From: Lachnospiraceae bacterium
Lineage (GTDB): Bacteria > Bacillota > Clostridia > Lachnospirales > Lachnospiraceae
Assembly: GCA_051879455.1 (NCBI GenBank)
Contig: JBJEMB010000268.1
Span: 40,252-104,251, forward strand
Length of the DNA stretch: 64,000 nucleotides
Direction: 5' to 3'
Shown: piece after piece, positions 61,571 to 64,000 of the stretch
How the letters are laid out: every line of letters begins with the position of its first letter
Position numbering within the stretch: position 1 is the first letter of the stretch
Made by a program: the position numbers and the translations under genes
Notes under the pieces: model-generated
Databases searched by the model: none
Told to the model about the DNA's origin: nothing
Seen by the model: only the letters and a program-made list of their open reading frames with translations

Positions 61571-64000
61571 ATTTGCTGTTGATAACATAAGTTTGATTCG
61601 ATTCAGCTGATTTACTTCGCTGGCACCCGGGTCAAAGTCGATGGCAACAATGTTTGACTGAGGATATTGTCTGCGGAGCTCTTTGATTACGCCTTTTCCT
61701 ACAACGTGATTTGGCAGACAGGCGAATGGCTGTGTACATACAATATTCGGTGCGCCGCTATGTATAAGTTCAAGCATTTCTCCGGTAAGGAACCATCCTT
61801 CACCGGTCTGGTTCCCAAGAGATACGATTTCGGATGCCATCTTTCCAAGTTCTTGGATCTTAGCCGGCGGATCGAAATGCTTACTTGCCTTAAATGCTTT
61901 TGTTGCAGGTGCCCGAAACCACTCTAAAGCTTTGATTCCAAGGTTTCCGATTGTAGCTTTTGATTTCTTGAAACCAAGTTTTTCAACTTTAAAGTTCTGG
62001 TTGTAGAAGCAGTATAAGAGGAAATCCAGAAGGTCCGGAACAACTGCTTCAGCGCCTTCGCTTTCCAGAAGGTCTACCAGATAGTTGTTGGCAGCCGGGA
62101 GGAATTTTACAAGAATCTCACCGACAACGCCGACTCTCGGTTTTTTGATATCTAAAAGTTCAATATTATTGTCAAAGTCTTCAATGATTTCCCTACAGAG
62201 TCTGTTAAATTTCCTTCTGGAAGGATGTTTTGAAGCAACAAATTCTTTACATACCTGTTTCCATTTGTCATGCATTGCATTGACAGATCCCGGAACTTTC
62301 TCGTATGGACGTAAGCGGTAAACACATTTCATGAAAATGTCTCCGAATACAGCACCATAAATTCCCCGGATTGCCAGTGATGGAGTAATCTTAAATCCCG
62401 GATTTTCTTCCAGACCGCTTAAGTTGATGGAGATGACCGGAATGTGAGCATATCCTGCTTTTTTCAGGGCTCGACGGATAAATCCTATGTAGTTGGAAGC
62501 ACGGCATCCGCCGCCTGTCTGGCTGATAATAACGGCAATTTTATCTGTGTCATATTTTCCGGAAAGGATTGCTTCCATGATCTGACCTACAACCATAAGG
62601 GAAGGATAGCAGGCATCGTTGTTTACATATTTCAGTCCTACATCTACAGCCTGTTTATTGTCATTTGGAAGCACTTCAATCTTATATCCGGCTGCTTTAA
62701 ATGCAGGCTCCAGAAGTTCAAAGTGGATCGGAGACATCTGTGGACATAAAATCGTGTATTCTTTTCTCATCTCTTCTGTAAAGACTACCTTTTTAATTGC
62801 AGAAGAGTTGACGGTACGTTTTTCTTTTCTCTGTTCTCTTACACGGATTGCGGCAAGAAGAGAACGCACACGGATTCTTGCGGCACCAAGATTATTTACC
62901 TCATCAATTTTAAGAGAAGTATAAATCTTATCTGAATTATTTAGTATTTCAGCGACCTGATCCGTTGTGACAGCATCCAGACCGCATCCGAAAGAATTGA
63001 GCTGGATCAGATCCAGATTATCTTTTGTCTTAACAAAATTTGCGGCAGCATAGAGACGGGAATGATACATCCACTGATCCATTACATTTAATGGACGCTC
63101 TACCTGATGGAGATGAGAAATGGAATCTTCTGTAAGTACCGCAACATTGTAAGAGTTCACAAGCTCCGGAATACCATGGTTTACCTCCGGGTCAATATGA
63201 TAAGGACGTCCTGCAAGGACAATACCTCTGTTTCCGGTTTCGTCAAGGAATTTTACAGTTTCTTCTCCCTTTTTACGCATATCATTTCTGCAGGAAGAAA
63301 GTTCTTCCCATGCAGCATGTACCGCAGACTTGATTTCTGCTGCCGGAATGTTGAATTTATCAGATAATTCCTCGATTAATCGGTAGGAAATTGTATCCTC
63401 GTTTTCAAGATTGATAAACGGATGGATGAAATCAACATCTCCATGTACGATCGCATCGATATTATTTTTGATATTTTCCGGATAAGAAGTAACGATCGGG
63501 CAATTATAATGATTGTTTGCTTCTGCAAATTCGTTTCGCTCATACGGAATGCTTGGGTAGAAAATATGTTTCACACCTTTGTCAATGAGCCACTGTACAT
63601 GACCATGTGCAAGTTTTGCCGGATAGCATTCGGATTCACTTGGGATAGACTCAATACCCAGTTCGTATACTTTACGGGTAGAAGCCGGTGATAATACTAC
63701 CTTGAATTTCAATGTATTGAAAAATGTGAACCAGAACGGATAATTCTCGTACATGTTCAGTACACGAGGGATTCCGATCTCTCCACGTACAGCCTCTTCA
63801 TCAGAAAGAGGAGTATAGTCAAAATATCTGTGCAGTTTATATTCAAATAAGTTCGGAAGTTTGTTTGCTGACTTTTCTTTTCCGAGACCACGTTCACAGC
63901 GGTTACCGGTGATGAATTTTCTCCCGCCGCTGAAATGGTTGATTGTAAGTCGGCAGCTATTGGTACAGCCTTTACATTTTGTCATGGTAGTAGAATATTC
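61553..64000 (-). CDS. Acyl-CoA dehydratase activase-related multidomain protein (DUF2229 plus 2-hydroxyacyl-CoA dehydratase-like); 5' end outside the window
   Basis: Frame open to base 64000; CKGCTNSC, GNRCERG, ESECYPAK, NSFGCGLD, GGCRASNY, QPFACLPNHVVGKG. Confidence 0.88.
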   Translation of the reverse strand, partial: EYSTTMTKCKGCTNSCRLTINHFSGGRKFITGNRCERGLGKEKSANKLPNLFEYKLHRYFDYTPLSDEEAVRGEIGIPRVLNMYENYPFWFTFFNTLKFKVVLSPASTRKVYELGIESIPSESECYPAKLAHGHVQWLIDKGVKHIFYPSIPYERNEFAEANNHYNCPIVTSYPENIKNNIDAIVHGDVDFIHPFINLENEDTISYRLIEELSDKFNIPAAEIKSAVHAAWEELSSCRNDMRKKGEETVKFLDETGNRGIVLAGRPYHIDPEVNHGIPELVNSYNVAVLTEDSISHLHQVERPLNVMDQWMYHSRLYAAANFVKTKDNLDLIQLNSFGCGLDAVTTDQVAEILNNSDKIYTSLKIDEVNNLGAARIRVRSLLAAIRVREQRKEKRTVNSSAIKKVVFTEEMRKEYTILCPQMSPIHFELLEPAFKAAGYKIEVLPNDNKQAVDVGLKYVNNDACYPSLMVVGQIMEAILSGKYDTDKIAVIISQTGGGCRASNYIGFIRRALKKAGYAHIPVISINLSGLEENPGFKITPSLAIRGIYGAVFGDIFMKCVYRLRPYEKVPGSVNAMHDKWKQVCKEFVASKHPSRRKFNRLCREIIEDFDNNIELLDIKKPRVGVVGEILVKFLPAANNYLVDLLESEGAEAVVPDLLDFLLYCFYNQNFKVEKLGFKKSKATIGNLGIKALEWFRAPATKAFKASKHFDPPAKIQELGKMASEIVSLGNQTGEGWFLTGEMLELIHSGAPNIVCTQPFACLPNHVVGKGVIKELRRQYPQSNIVAIDFDPGASEVNQLNRIKLMLSTANKNLRA

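Overview
A 64 kb low-GC chromosomal window, almost all on the + strand, from a spore-forming anaerobic Firmicute (Lachnospiraceae-like, judged from gene content and sigmaE-type sporulation signals). In order: Xaa-Pro peptidase plus oppABCDF; dacF-like carboxypeptidase; an AT-rich islet carrying hicAB just ahead of CIRCE-controlled hrcA-grpE-dnaK-dnaJ; a tightly packed Fe-ADH/MATE/OCD/RidA/Mrp run; a 7-gene spirochete/Bacteroidetes-type V-ATPase (E-DUF2764-A-B-D-I-K) with a Na+-binding signature; two adjacent broken transporters (an APC permease fused to two RCK_C domains, and a MATE) around a MarR gene; scpAB-dacB; a YtrA-type ABC operon; recA-recX-rny; nudF-spoIIM and spoVB-like; Rrf2-iscS-iscU-mnmA; gap-pgk-tpiA-(hydrolase)-gpmI; an RAT-controlled glucose-family PTS locus; and a truncated acyl-CoA dehydratase activase. 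I found no rRNA, tRNA, CRISPR array, transposase or integrase. Best leads: the V-ATPase type, the APC-RCK_C fusion, and a covarying tandem-GA hairpin that starts right after both the gap and pgk stop codons. Family assignments come from motif recognition and recall; no database search was run.
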